DNA of 64,000 nt from Octopus vulgaris (taxonomy: Eukaryota): positions 14,570,001 through 14,634,000 of the forward strand of contig OX597821.1 in NCBI GenBank assembly GCA_951406725.2. Direction: 5' to 3'. Positions 39,798 to 55,552 of the stretch are shown one piece after another. Under the pieces are notes generated by a model, which was given only the letters and a program-made list of their open reading frames with translations, did not search any database and was not told the DNA's origin. Every line of letters begins with the position of its first letter. The stretch's first letter is position 1. Both the position numbers and the translations under genes were made by a program.

Positions 39798-40500
39798 CCA
39801 TAGTAGAAAGGATTATTTGTTCTGGCTTTCTGGGTTCCCCGAGCTCAAATTTTGCCGAGGTCACGTTTACTTTTCATTCTTTTATGGGTTGATAAAAAAA
39901 AAGGATTCCACAACAATGGAGTGGTAGAATGAGAGCTTTTTAGACAAGATGCTTTAAAATATTTGTTCTATTTAGTGCATTCTGTGCTCAAATCCTACCC
40001 CTCAACTTTAAAAGAAAATGGTGGCACATCTGTCAGGAGTTATGATTGATAGATCGTCTCAACAATTGGAAAAAAGTCCAATGAAAACTTAGTTTCCTAC
40101 ATTTCATCAAGATTATCTACCATCAGCACTACTACCATCCCCACCACTATAAAGATGATAACTGTTTGCATCATCAGGAGCACTAATAACTAGTATAGCT
40201 ATAACTGCTGGTACTACTACCATGTCCATCATCTGCACTAACATTTTTTCCTTTCATTTCAATATTATTATCTTCATTATTAATACAGAAGTCTTGAAAA
40301 CAGGGGGAAAAAATTAAGAGAGAAAAGAAAGAAAACAGCATGTACACCTCAAGAAAACCTCAGTTAATTTGATTTCTCTTTAATCTGACATTTTTCAGCA
40401 GAATAAATTAGGTTTCTTTGAGTGCTTTGAATGTAATAATTCTGAGCTAAAAGTGTTTCTCTGCCTCTTGACCTATCTATTATTGTGTAGGCATATACCA

Positions 40501-40581
<81 letters not shown>

Positions 40582-40697
40582 CACATGCATACATATATAT
40601 ATATATATATATGTATATCATACACACTTATATATGTAAAAATATGTGGCTGCATGGATGTGTGAGTGTGTATATGTGTACGTATGGGGGTACATAA

Positions 40698-40733
<36 letters not shown>

Positions 40734-41089
40734 AACTCAGCTTCATTTAAGATAATCATCCTAATTAAGAGATCCAGATTAACTCTTCACACAAATCTTA
40801 GAACAGTTTAAACCATTAGTCACTTGACCTACAGCCATAGAAGAAGCAATGTTCAACAGAAATAAACCACCATTTCTGCTCAAATCTGGGTGGGTGGGTC
40901 TAGAAAGACAAATGTGTACCCAATGGCCTACCCTAAAAGCAGCAGAGCTAGGAAAAATTTTTTTAATCTTTAAAACTACATTAATATACATCATCTTCAC
41001 TGCTTTATATCTACTTTCAATACTAGTATGGGTTTGATGAGCTACTACTGCTCTCTTATACATATACACATGTATACAAGTCTGTGTAA

Positions 41090-41130
<41 letters not shown>

Positions 41131-41375
41131 ATATCATTTCTAAATTCATTCATTTTTACATCCGTTTTTTTCATCTTGGTATAAGTATATTAATAAATCA
41201 TTGTATTACAGCTGGATACCCTTCTTGTCCTTAACACCTGCTTGTTTCTCAAAAGAAAAGATCTGTTATTTCATATGTCTTCTAAGAAGCAAAGCCAACA
41301 GGCAGTTTGTTGAACAGCTCTGGTTGTGTCTCATGATTTCTGAAGAAGTACTAATATTAACAAGCACACAGAATC

Positions 41376-41465
41376 ACACACAAACATGTGTATGCACACA
41401 CAAACATGTGTATGCACACACAAACATGTGTATGCACACACAAACATGTGTATGCACACATGCAC
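41376..41465. repeat. 20-bp tandem repeat cacacaaacatgtgtatgca x4
   Basis: Directly visible. Confidence 0.9.
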
Positions 41466-41587
41466 AAACACACACACACATCTGACAAGCTCTTTTCACA
41501 TCCACTCATAAGACTTCGGTTGGCTTATGGCTATGATAGAAGACTCTTATCCATAGCTGTGCATTGCAGCACTGATATATATATATC

Positions 41588-41997
41588 TCTTTTACTCTTT
41601 TACTTGTTTCAGTAATTTGACTGCGGCCATGCTGGAGCACCACCTTTAGTTGAGCAAATCGACTCCAGGACTTATTCTTTGTAAGCCCAGTACTTATTCT
41701 ATCGGTCTCTTTTTGCCGAACTGCTAAGTGACGGGGACGTAAGCACACCAGCATCAGTTGTCAAGCGATGTTGGGTGGACAAACACAGACACACAAACAC
41801 ACACACACACATATATATATATATACATATATACGACAGGCTTCTTTTAGTTTCCGTCTACCAAATCCACTCACAAGGCATTGGTCGGCCCGGAGCTATA
41901 GCAGAAGACACTTGCCCAAGATGCCACGCAGTGGGACTGAACCCGGAACCATGTGGTTAGTAAACAAGCTACTTACCACACAGCCACTCCTGTGCCT
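41588..41997 (-). mobile_element. SINE family A
   Basis: High identity to other A copies. Confidence 0.9.
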
Positions 41998-42023
41998 ATA
42001 TATATATATATATATATATATAT

Positions 42024-42401
42024 GCTCCCACTTTCAGTGTTTTCAAATCCAAACCAAGGAGTTTCTGAGCTGATGATAGAAGTGTCGTGTTGACTAATCT
42101 TGAAACGTACGTTCTCAAATAACCTTTGCATTTGATTTTTTGATGTCTTTACCCCCATACTTTCGTGGGCTGAGTTGAGCAAACACTATATGAGAGAGGT
42201 TTTCTTTAAGTATTAGAAATAGTTTTAAAAAGTTTTTTAGCTGCTATTTCTAATGAGTTCAGTATGCAGCAAAGTAATTTATTTTACTAAGCCCTTTTAT
42301 ATAATGTAATAATTTGAATTCGCCTTAAATGGTCCCTTTGCATACTGAACACTTGGTGAAATTGATTAATAATTAATTAATTTTACCCTCAATTGTTGAA
42401 A
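42024..42401 (+). mobile_element. Hammerhead-bearing short element flanked on both sides by (TA)n
   Basis: (TA)n at 41998-42022 and 42402-42424 bracket it; hammerhead motif near the 5' end. Confidence 0.5.
42066..42117 (+). ncRNA. Minimal type I hammerhead ribozyme motif
   Basis: UGAG-CUGAUGA(42070-42076)-imperfect stem II-GAAA(42102-42105)-palindromic stem III ACGUACGU-GUU triplet-CUCA. Confidence 0.7.
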
Positions 42402-43715
42402 TTATATATATATATATATATATATTAATATGCTATGGTTTTGCTTTTTTCATGACTATCACTGTCATTACCATTTAGCATGTTACCACTTTTGATATTG
42501 GAATAGAGTGGACAAATATGTAATATGACATCATTAGACTGCCATTCCTCCTTTGCAAGTACCAATGGTTTTAGATCAATGTTCTTCACCTCCTCCCTTA
42601 TCTTTCTTGATCAGCTCCTGTCAGAGCTAAACTGTCATCAGCTTGTAACCTACCTAAAGAATATTGTGTTTCTTGTTTTTTTTTTTATTTTCTGTATCCA
42701 TAAATATTTATGAAATACATCATTACTATGGTAATGTCTTCCTTGTTTTGCATGAACTTGCTATCTATAAAATAAAACAGCAGAAAGCCATTACATGGTC
42801 AAGAAGCTTGCTAGACATAGCAGCTTAATATCTTTCATATCACATATCCAACCATCACAAAAATGGAAGAAGAGATTGGGTAGTGTAGTTATAGGTAGTC
42901 TATGCTTGAAGAAAAGATGGAATGGTTACAGTTTGAATACCTTTAATCATAGGTCTGCCTGATTGGGGTTAAACAGCAATTACACTGTGTTGCCATTTAC
43001 ATAATTTCTTCATTATTCCATTCAGGTATTAACACCTGTAAACATGCAGAATTATTCCCAAACCTAGTGGTCACAATATGTGTGTAGGTGTGTGTCTGTT
43101 TTTAGTATGTATATATAAAAATATGCATTAATGCATATATTTCTTCACGTAGAATGTAGAGAAATTCTTGCCATATAGACTCAGGCATGGCAACCACTTT
43201 GCAACTGCATGGTTTTCGATGCCAGTTCTACTGTGTGGTGCTGTGGACTTGTGTCATCTAATATTGCCTCAGGCCAGTCAATGCCTTGAGAGTGATGAAT
43301 GAAATTGGTAGCCAGACGCTGCAACGAAGCCTCTTTTGCATGTGTGTGTGTGTGTACATATGAATACATATTCATATGCATAACTATCAGTTCAGAATGT
43401 CATTAGTAGCACAACCTGAGTGAAAGCTAGTGACTTTGTTTACTTTCTCTAATGAACAATTATTATTCTGTAATTCCACAGGTGTGTGATTATTGGTGAA
43501 ATGAAGAAAAATACTTTGCTTGCAAAACAAGAAATGGTTGGCAACAGGAAAAGCATCTGGTCATAGAAACTCTGTCCAGATAAAGATTTGCGTAACCAAT
43601 GCCAGCATGGAGAAGAAATGGATGTCAAAATGATGATGGTGATGATAATGGCACAAGCATAAGTATAAATGAACGTATCAGTCACCTTTTTATCCATTTA
43701 TTGACATCAATCATA

Positions 43716-44086
43716 TCATCATCATCATCATCATCCTCGTTTAACGTCCGTTCTCCATGCTAGCATGGGTTGGACGGTTCGACCGGGGATCTGGGAAGCC
43801 AGAAGGCTGCACCAGGCTCCGGTCTTATCTGGCAATGTTTCTACAGCTGGATGCCCTTCCTAACGCCAACCACTCCGTGAGTGCAGTGGGTGCTTTTTCC
43901 GTGCCACCTGCACTGGTGTCAGGCGAGGCTGGCATCGGCCACGGTCGGATGGGTGCATTTTACGTGCCACCAGCACGGAAGCCAGTCGAGGCGGCACTGG
44001 CTTCGGCCACGATTCGGATGGTGCTTTTTATGTGCCACCAACACGGAAGCCAGTCGAGGTGGCGCTGGCATCGGCCACGATTCGGA
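43716..44086 (-). mobile_element. Family D element with three ~62-bp internal tandem units
   Basis: Repeats of ggtgc(a/t)ttttacgtgccaccagcacggaagccagtcgagg...ggccacgattcggat. Confidence 0.87.
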
Positions 44087-44544
44087 TATCATAGTTATTA
44101 ATGTCATTACTGCTTTTAAGCAAGGCAGCCATTTAGTAGAATCATTAGCAAGCTAGATAAAATGTTTAGTGACATTGCTTCTGGCTTTATATTCTGAGTT
44201 CAAATTCTGCCAAGGTCAATTTTACCTTTTATCCTTTAGGAGGTCAGTAAAATAAATACCAGTCAAGCACTGGAATTTATGTAATCAACTTGTCTCTTCC
44301 CATAAAATTTCAAGCCTTGTGCCTATAGTATATAAAATTATTAGTTTTTAACTGTTTTTATCTGTACAGTTGTCCAGGTTTGCAAAGCATGTCTAGATTT
44401 CAAATACTTGCATTCTCTGTCATTTCATTTTGATATATTTTTAGCCCTTCTCTGACATTTTGGTAATAGTTTTCACAGTTGAATGCCTTTATTTTTCATC
44501 AACTGCTTCAGCTCTGCATATGAATGTTGAAAGAAAGCCAATAG

Positions 44545-45125
44545 TGGTTTAAAAGCTCAGGGATAAAACCAGAAACAGAAGCACTGATTATAAATGCTGG
44601 TGACCAATGCTTAACCACATGCATGTACACTAAAAAATGGCAAACAATGCTTATGTCAAGTGCATCAGACTATGAAACCAGTACAATGATCATCTCCAGC
44701 TGCACTATTTCTGCCTGGTCTAAAAGTATATTCACAGACTTAATTGAATATGCAACTGTGTCCACTAGGAAATACGCCAATACTTCAATACGAAAATGGA
44801 CAAGAAGTGATATACATACAAAATACAGTACATGACAAATCTACAATGTTTGGTACATATAAATATATCATTTACCATTTCTTGCCTGTTTGGCACATTC
44901 CTGTGGAAAATGACATGGAGATCAAGGTAAATCTTTCCAGACAATAATCAAAGACTTGGATGAAAATATCTATATGCCCATAGAAATCTGTCTTTTTTAA
45001 CTAAAGCATTGACCAAAAGGAGATGAAGGATCTGTCAAAATACAAGTTCTTGAAGTTGAAATAAACAGGATATTGGTCTAAAAGTAACAATAATCATCGC
45101 AGCATTAGGTATGATGAGAAAAAAC
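44545..45125 (+). mobile_element. R4/Dong-like LINE C-terminal fragment, decayed
   Basis: WFKSSGIKPETEALIINAGDQCLTT...ETSTMIISSC...KEMKDLSKYK..EVEINRI..AALGMM matches ETEGxIxAAQDQ, CCHC and REL-region motifs. Confidence 0.75.
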
Positions 45126-46691
45126 ACAAACAAAAAAGACCCAAACAAGTGCAGTCATGGCTGTATGGTTGAGAAGTTTGCTTCACAATTGCATGGTTTT
45201 GGGGTCCATTACACTTGCCAAGTAGGAGACACTTACCCTGGGATTATTGTAGAAGGCACATACCCAAGGTAAAAACAGAGGACAATTTAGGAAACTACAT
45301 CTCTGCCATGTAGTTTCAGATTCAAGTTCTTCAGCACAGAATCTTGGGCAAATGTCTTCTAAAATAGCTTTAGCCCAAGCAAAATCTTGTTGGTGGATTT
45401 AGTGGACAGGAACTGAAAGAAGCCCATCTTAAAATGTATTTGTGTGTGCATGTGTGTGTTTGTTTACATTTGTGCTTCTCCAAGAAAACACTGAACGACA
45501 AGTGATAAAGATATTGTCATTTCTGCTGTCAACAAATCTAACTTTGTACCTTTGAAAGCATATGAATTAAAAGATCCCTAAACTGAAAAACAGGCAAGGA
45601 TTGATAATAGAAAGGGAATCCTGTTGTAAAGCAATGTTCCAATAATATGTTCATCTAACCCATGCTAGCATGCAAAAATAGATATGAAAAGAAACAAATG
45701 AACAAGTCTCTTTTCGTTTTTTGCTTTTTTTTGTTTTTGAGTTGTGCAGCTTAAAGCAGAGCAAATGATTGAGAGAAGAATGGTAACAATACAGTTGATA
45801 AAGTATTTAGAGAGGAGATGAGCAACAGGTCTAAACAGGAAGAAGTAGCAAAGATGTATAGGCAGGAAGTTGTTTGCCAATATACAAATACAGAAGAGGA
45901 GTGTAAAAGAATCCCTTATGTTCTACACAGACAGAATGTTGAATACTTTTGCAAAACAATGCATTCAGATAAATACGTCTAAAATAATATCAGCTTATAT
46001 ATCATAAATAACAATAAAAATGAAGCATTTTATGGTGGTTTTTAGTGCAAAATAGAATGTAAACAGCAGTGGAAAACAAAGAAAAGGCTCCTGAGACAGA
46101 CAAATTATATGGCATCAGGATAAAACTGCTACATATGTCACCTAGTAATTCGGGTTGTAGATAATACTGTATCCTTATTGACAGAAACATTGGAATATCA
46201 ACCCCTTTGTGAAATGGTACAAAGGCAAAGTTACACTACTCAATGTTAATTACAATGATGTGAAATTAAATCACTGAATGTAGCAAAAGTAATTATATCA
46301 AAGTTACAATAAGATAATTGAATGGATAGATAGCTATGTGGGGTTCGCACTTGTGTGAGTATTTAGTATCAAGGAGGATTACACTTTTTTTAGCTTTCAT
46401 GAACGTAAGAGATGATCTTTATTTAATAGGATTCCACACTCTGTAGTTGGATGCTATTTAGACAGCCAGGGGTATATTAAATAGGTTATGTATGAGGATG
46501 CTAAATGCAGCATCATTAGTAACCTATGAATTGGGGAAAAATTCTTCTTTTCTAGGATGTTGATGTTGATTAGAAAACAGAATACATTTAGCACCTCCAA
46601 ACAGTCTCACACATTTTGGAAGAGACAAGCAAATTTGAAACCACAAAGAAATGTTCAGAGAGCTTAAACAAAAAGCATTATTATGTATGGG

Positions 46692-46850
46692 TGTGTATGC
46701 ACATATAAATGTGTATATATATATATATATATATAAATATATATACACAGACACGTGTGTATAGGTGTACGTGTGTATGCACATATAAATGTGTATATAT
46801 ATATATATATATAAATATATATACACAGACACGTGTGTATAGGTATATAT
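46692..46850. repeat. ~74-bp tandem duplication of a microsatellite-rich unit
   Basis: gtgtatgcacatataaatgtg(ta)n..cacagacacgtgtgtatagg occurs twice. Confidence 0.85.
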
Positions 46851-47291
46851 ATGCATGTGTGTATATATGTGTATATATATATGTGTGTGTATAAATATAT
46901 ATATATTTTGGTAAGAGAGTTTGGGAAGCCAACCAAATAAGCGATAGTAACTATCCAATATACTGCTGGTAGTGTACCCAGTTATTAATACCCAAGTGCT
47001 GGGTGTTGTGTGGCACACTCAACATCCAAACTTTATCTATCCATCCCTACAGAATACTGAAGAGATGGAGATAGCATGGAGAATATCATGGCCTCTTGAC
47101 AGAAACGGCTGTAAGGAAGAGATGTTTTACTATTTTATGTGTTACTAGTACACATGTAATACACAGACTTTGCCTATGTATGCATTCTTATAACACTTCC
47201 TTATGTTTTGGAATAAATAGATATAAATAGACTGTCTACCAGCTGATGTATATCAATTTTGTATCCCCTCCATTTCCATTTTTGCCGTAAG

Positions 47292-50241
<2,950 letters not shown>

Positions 50242-50338
50242 CATCCTCATCATCATTTAACGTCCACTTTCCATGCTAAACGATGATGATGATGATGATG
50301 ATATATATATACATATATATATATATATACATATATAT

Positions 50339-50540
50339 TTTTTATTTGTTATAGTCAATTGACTGTGGCCATGCTTGAGCACCACCTTTAGTCAAATAAA
50401 TGCACCCCAGAACTTATTCTTTATAAGACTACTGATGTCTTTGCTGAACTGCTAAGTTACAGCGATGTAAACACAGCAGCATCATTTGTCAAGTGATGTT
50501 GGGGGACAAACACAAACACAGAAGCACACACATACACACA

Positions 50541-50592
<52 letters not shown>

Positions 50593-50731
50593 GTTTCCGT
50601 CTACTTAATCCACTCACAATGCTTTTGGTCAGCCCAACGCTATAGTTGAAGACACATGCCCAAGATGCCACACAGTGTGACTGAACCTGACAACCATGTG
50701 GTTGGTAAGCAAGCTACTTACCACACAGCCA
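50339..50731 (-). mobile_element. SINE family A, moderately diverged
   Basis: gactgtggccatgcttgagcaccacc...ctacttaccacacagcca. Confidence 0.82.
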
Positions 50732-50746
50732 CGTATACGTATACAT

Positions 50747-50794
<48 letters not shown>

Positions 50795-50826
50795 TTATAT
50801 TTACATATACATACATATATATGTAC

Positions 50827-50868
<42 letters not shown>

Positions 50869-51005
50869 ATTAATTTTAGAGTATATATATATTTTCATTT
50901 TTATTGATATGTAATTGAAAGATCAAAGGATCTAAGTGTGTAAGCTTCAAGCAGTCCAACCATGAGCTACACATATGTTCATTTATATATATATCCATCT
51001 CTCTC

Positions 51006-51044
<39 letters not shown>

Positions 51045-51073
51045 GAACAAACATATATATATATATATACAAT

Positions 51074-51107
<34 letters not shown>

Positions 51108-52237
51108 TCATCCTCATTATTATGTCCAAGTTCGATAGTGGGAAGGTTTTTTACATTTTGATAGGATCCAACCAGTTCAAGAAGTGCATAGAAGTGCATC
51201 CTGCTCTAGTGTCGTCTTTGGCATGTTGGCACAGTTTCTATAACTGGATGCTCTTCCTCACATCAACTACTTTACAGCATGTACTGCATGCTGTTGTCAT
51301 GCCACTAGCATTATTACTGAAGTCACATTTCAATGTGGAAGACTACAGACCTCAAGGCCTCGAGGGTAGAGCTTTACTCTAGGAGATAAGGAATTAAAGA
51401 ATGAGAGATGATGCCAGAGCAGAACAGGTTCCTTGCTGTAAAGGAGCTATCTGACAACTTACAACTTTGAAGAGAGGGTGGGAATGAGTGATGGAGCTGG
51501 ATAAGATCTGATCACAGTTGCCTCCAGGAATTTATTTACTGCCTCATAAAGCAAAAAATTTCAATAAATCAATAATTTATCTTGTAAATTATTTAATATA
51601 ATTTTGTCATTTTCGTTCAAAGCCATTGGCCAGACTTATTTCTCTAAGAACATTTTTCTTATATATGTAGGTTATACACATACAGATGTATGTACATGCA
51701 CATATATATGTATATGCATACATATGTATGAACATATGTACATATGTATGTACATACGTACTTATATACCTAGATACATGTGTACATACGCATTTACGTA
51801 CATACATATGTTTGTATGTAAATGCATACAGATGTACATATGTAGGCATGTACATACATACATACATACATATGTATGTATGTACATACATACATACATA
51901 TGTACGTACATATGTATGTATGTATGTATTTTTGTGTTTGTGTTTCCTTGTCTTGGCATAGCTTGGTGCTCATAAGCATGTGTCACTATCAAGAGAAATG
52001 GTCTCCTGTTTCCAGTTTTTGTAAGACTATATCTAGATTTGAGGAGGTACAACTTTGGACTGAAGCAAGTGAAGATTGGCAATAGGAAAGCTAGAGACCC
52101 ATAGTAAATCAGTCACAAGAAACTCTTTCTGATTCAAGTGAGCATGGACACTTAAAAAACAAAAAATCAAATACGTATACACCTACATCAATATATACAT
52201 ACATTTTTATTTATCTATTTACACATAAAAATTTTAA

Positions 52238-52267
<30 letters not shown>

Positions 52268-52268
<1 letters not shown>

Positions 52269-52749
52269 AATCGAAATCAAATTTGATGACTGGCATCTGT
52301 GCTAGGGGAGCGCTAAGAGCACCACCAGAGCGTGATCATTACCAGAGCAGTTAACTGCCTTCCGTGCCAATGTCATGTAAAAAGCACCATTCGAGCGTTA
52401 TCGTTACCAGCATCACCCTACTGCCACTTGTGCCGGTGGCACGTGAAAATACATTCGAGCGAGGTCATTGCCAGTGCTGCAGGTCTGGCTCCTGTGCAGG
52501 TGGCATGTAAAAAATACCATTTGAGCGTGGGCGTTGCCATTACTGCCTGACTGGCACTCGTGCCAGTGGCATGTAAAAGCACCCACTACACACTCGGAGT
52601 GGTTGGCATTAGGAAGGGCGTCCAGCAGTAGAAACTCTGCCAGATCGAGATTAGAGCCTGGTACAGCCATCTGGTTCACCAGTCCTCAGTCAAATCGTCC
52701 AACCCATGCTAGCATGGAAAGCAGACATTAACAATGATGATGATGATGA

Positions 52750-52752
<3 letters not shown>
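52268..52752 (+). mobile_element. Family D element
   Basis: Four gtgccggtggcacgtaaaa-like units, then RTE-type tail ending (GAT)n. Confidence 0.85.
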
Positions 52753-52781
<29 letters not shown>

Positions 52782-52786
<5 letters not shown>

Positions 52787-53290
52787 CATCATCGTTTAAC
52801 GTCCGTTTTCCATGCTAGCATGGGTTGAATGGTTCAACTGGGGTCTGGGAAGACAGAAGGCTGCGCCTGGCCCAGTCTGATCTGGCAGTCTTTTTACAGG
52901 TGGATGCCCTTCCTAATGCCAACTACTTCGTGAGTGTAGTGGGTGCTTTTTACGTGCCACCTGCACAGGCGCTAGACAAGGCTGGCAAACAGCCATGATC
53001 GAATGGAGCTTTTTCCGTGCCACCAGCACGGGGGCCAGACAAGGCTGGCAACGGCCACAATCGGATGGTGCGTTGTATGTGCCACCGGTACGGAGGCCAG
53101 TCGGGGCGGCGCTGGCAATGGCCATGCACAGATGGTTCTCTTATGTGCCACCGGCACTGGTATCACAGCTACAATTTCCATTGATGTTGAATGATTTCCA
53201 TTTTGATTTTCACTTGCCTCAACAGGTCTTCACAAGTAGGGTTTGTGTCACAAGAAGGAAAGGTATGCATAAGTGGGCTGGCTACGTCCC
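52782..53290 (-). mobile_element. Family D element
   Basis: Tail (CAT)n, four hairpin units, 5' part collinear with the 23192 copy. Confidence 0.85.
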
Positions 53291-53366
<76 letters not shown>

Positions 53367-53534
53367 GCACACACACAAACATACAAGTACACATTTACTT
53401 GGATTATATGCTTTAAATAACAAATTCACTGAATTTGACTTGCTTAAAGCTTCATCAGTAAAGAAAACATCTCTATTGGGAATCAAGTCAATCATTTATC
53501 ACATATACATACACACACACACACATTGACACAT

Positions 53535-53821
53535 TTATGTATATATATACATATCTACACACACATATATACATTTACAGATACATATATATATACATAT
53601 ACAGATACATATATACATATATATACATATACAGATACATATATACATATATATATACATATACAGATACATATATACATATATATACAGATACATATAA
53701 ACGTATATATACATATATATATATACATATACATACATATATATATATATATACATATATATATACATGTACATACATATATACATACATTTAGACAGAT
53801 ATATACATACATATATATATA

Positions 53822-53853
<32 letters not shown>

Positions 53854-53946
53854 CATACCCACACATATATACATATACACACATATATATATACACATAC
53901 ATATATACATACACACACACAAATACATACACACACACATATACAT

Positions 53947-54032
<86 letters not shown>

Positions 54033-54075
54033 GTCTACACACACACACACATATATATATGTATGTTTACACACA
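53535..54075. repeat. (TA)/(CA)/TACAGA compound microsatellite
   Basis: Directly visible. Confidence 0.92.
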
Positions 54076-55319
54076 TAAATATATTGAAGGTATCTTTAGT
54101 AAATAAAATGTTTTTATGAATTAGTGTGAAATATCCCCTGATTGATAATCAATATATCAATAATTTCCCCTTCTACCAAAATCAAAAGATATTTAGTTGC
54201 TGCTCATCTCTGTCCCCCCCCCTTTTATTTATTCATATTTTTGTCATGTATTTTCATTCATCTCCATTCTAAATTCTTCAGTTTTGAACGATGCATCATT
54301 GGTCATGAAACTTTGTTATCAACGACATTGAATCCTAAGTACAGAAGAACCAATGGCAGTGCATCTGTGCTTAGGAAAATAATTTATCTCTAATTTTAGG
54401 TACCTGTATTCATGCAACTCATGGTAACCAACTGTTTTGGTTAAAATGTTTAATTGTTTTTCTTAACCTGTATTGAACATACGAAAGACTGTCACGTGTA
54501 ATAATATATTTCAATTGTAGTTGAAAATATCCCCATTCCTGGCTTCATTAAAGAAGAACCATCAATGTTCATGTCCCTTTCCCTGACCTCCATGGCTTTT
54601 GGTAGGAATAGTAGGAATGGACAAAGATATCTTCTGCTCGAAGATTTTGTCTGTATTCTTGTTAGAGAATAAACCCTGCTAAAACACTATCCAAGAACCA
54701 GGTGTTGTAGTCATATTCCAATCAGATTGAATTATGATTTAAAATTCATTCATATGTTGTTTATATGACCTTTAATTCTAGTTCATATTTGCTTTACAAG
54801 ACTTTGTTTGCTTTGCTTGGATACTTATTTGGATATTTTTTGCTGATTTTCAATAAATTTTTTTCTTCAAAAAATGGTGATACTACAAATACTCAATGTC
54901 ATCATCATTATCATCATCATAATCATCGTTCTTATGTCCTTTGTTTCCATCGTTTTTATATTCACTTCTTCCATGCTGACATGGTTACAAGAAATTTGCT
55001 GAGGCTATAATCAACAGCTGGATGCCCTTCTTGAAGCTAAAAAACTTATTAAATTGAATATTTAGCTTCTGTCTTATTTAAACTGCTAAGCTACCAGAAG
55101 TAGCAGAGAATTTCTTTTCTTTTAGGTTAGATATTGCTTCAAGAATTTTTGCTCTCTGTCTCTCTCTTTCATTCTCTCTCCTTCCCCATCTCTCTTTCTC
55201 ATGCACATTCATGCACATATACACTTAATTGTCTCTTGCATGCAAATATGATCTTGGTAGCTTGTATAATGTTTTTGTTAATTGTTTCAGGTGCTTATAG
55301 AATTGTAAGCAGGTGTAAA

Positions 55320-55552
55320 TATGCCTTCAGCCTTCCCATTCTTTATCTAGCAAAACATCGATGAGATGAAAGCTGTAGGTAGAGAAGACTGCTGCAGCAG
55401 TCAGTTGGTACTCATTTTCAGCTGAGTAGACAGAAGCAATGTGAAATGATGAGTCTTGCTCAAAGACATAACGTATCCCCTTGTCTAGTCTAGGATTCGA
55501 ACTCACAACATTATGATTATGAGACCAACACTTTAACCACTAGGCCATGCAT
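55320..55552 (-). mobile_element. Old family-C-like (CORE-type) SINE
   Basis: tactcattttcagctgagtagacagaagcaatgtgaaat...cttgctcaa...ttaaccactaggccatgc; relatives at ~300-530 and 15520-15690. Confidence 0.6.

Noticed and set aside
43890-44086. CRISPR-like array in family D
   Set aside because: Linkers are homologous to each other and the array lies within a retroposon
50950-50985. Minus-strand gaacatatgtgtagc resembling stem III of the 4.2-kb hammerhead
   Set aside because: No CUGANGA or stem II adjacent
54520-54690. Exon-like open segments on both strands
   Set aside because: Open on both strands with no identifiable homology, so it cannot be assigned
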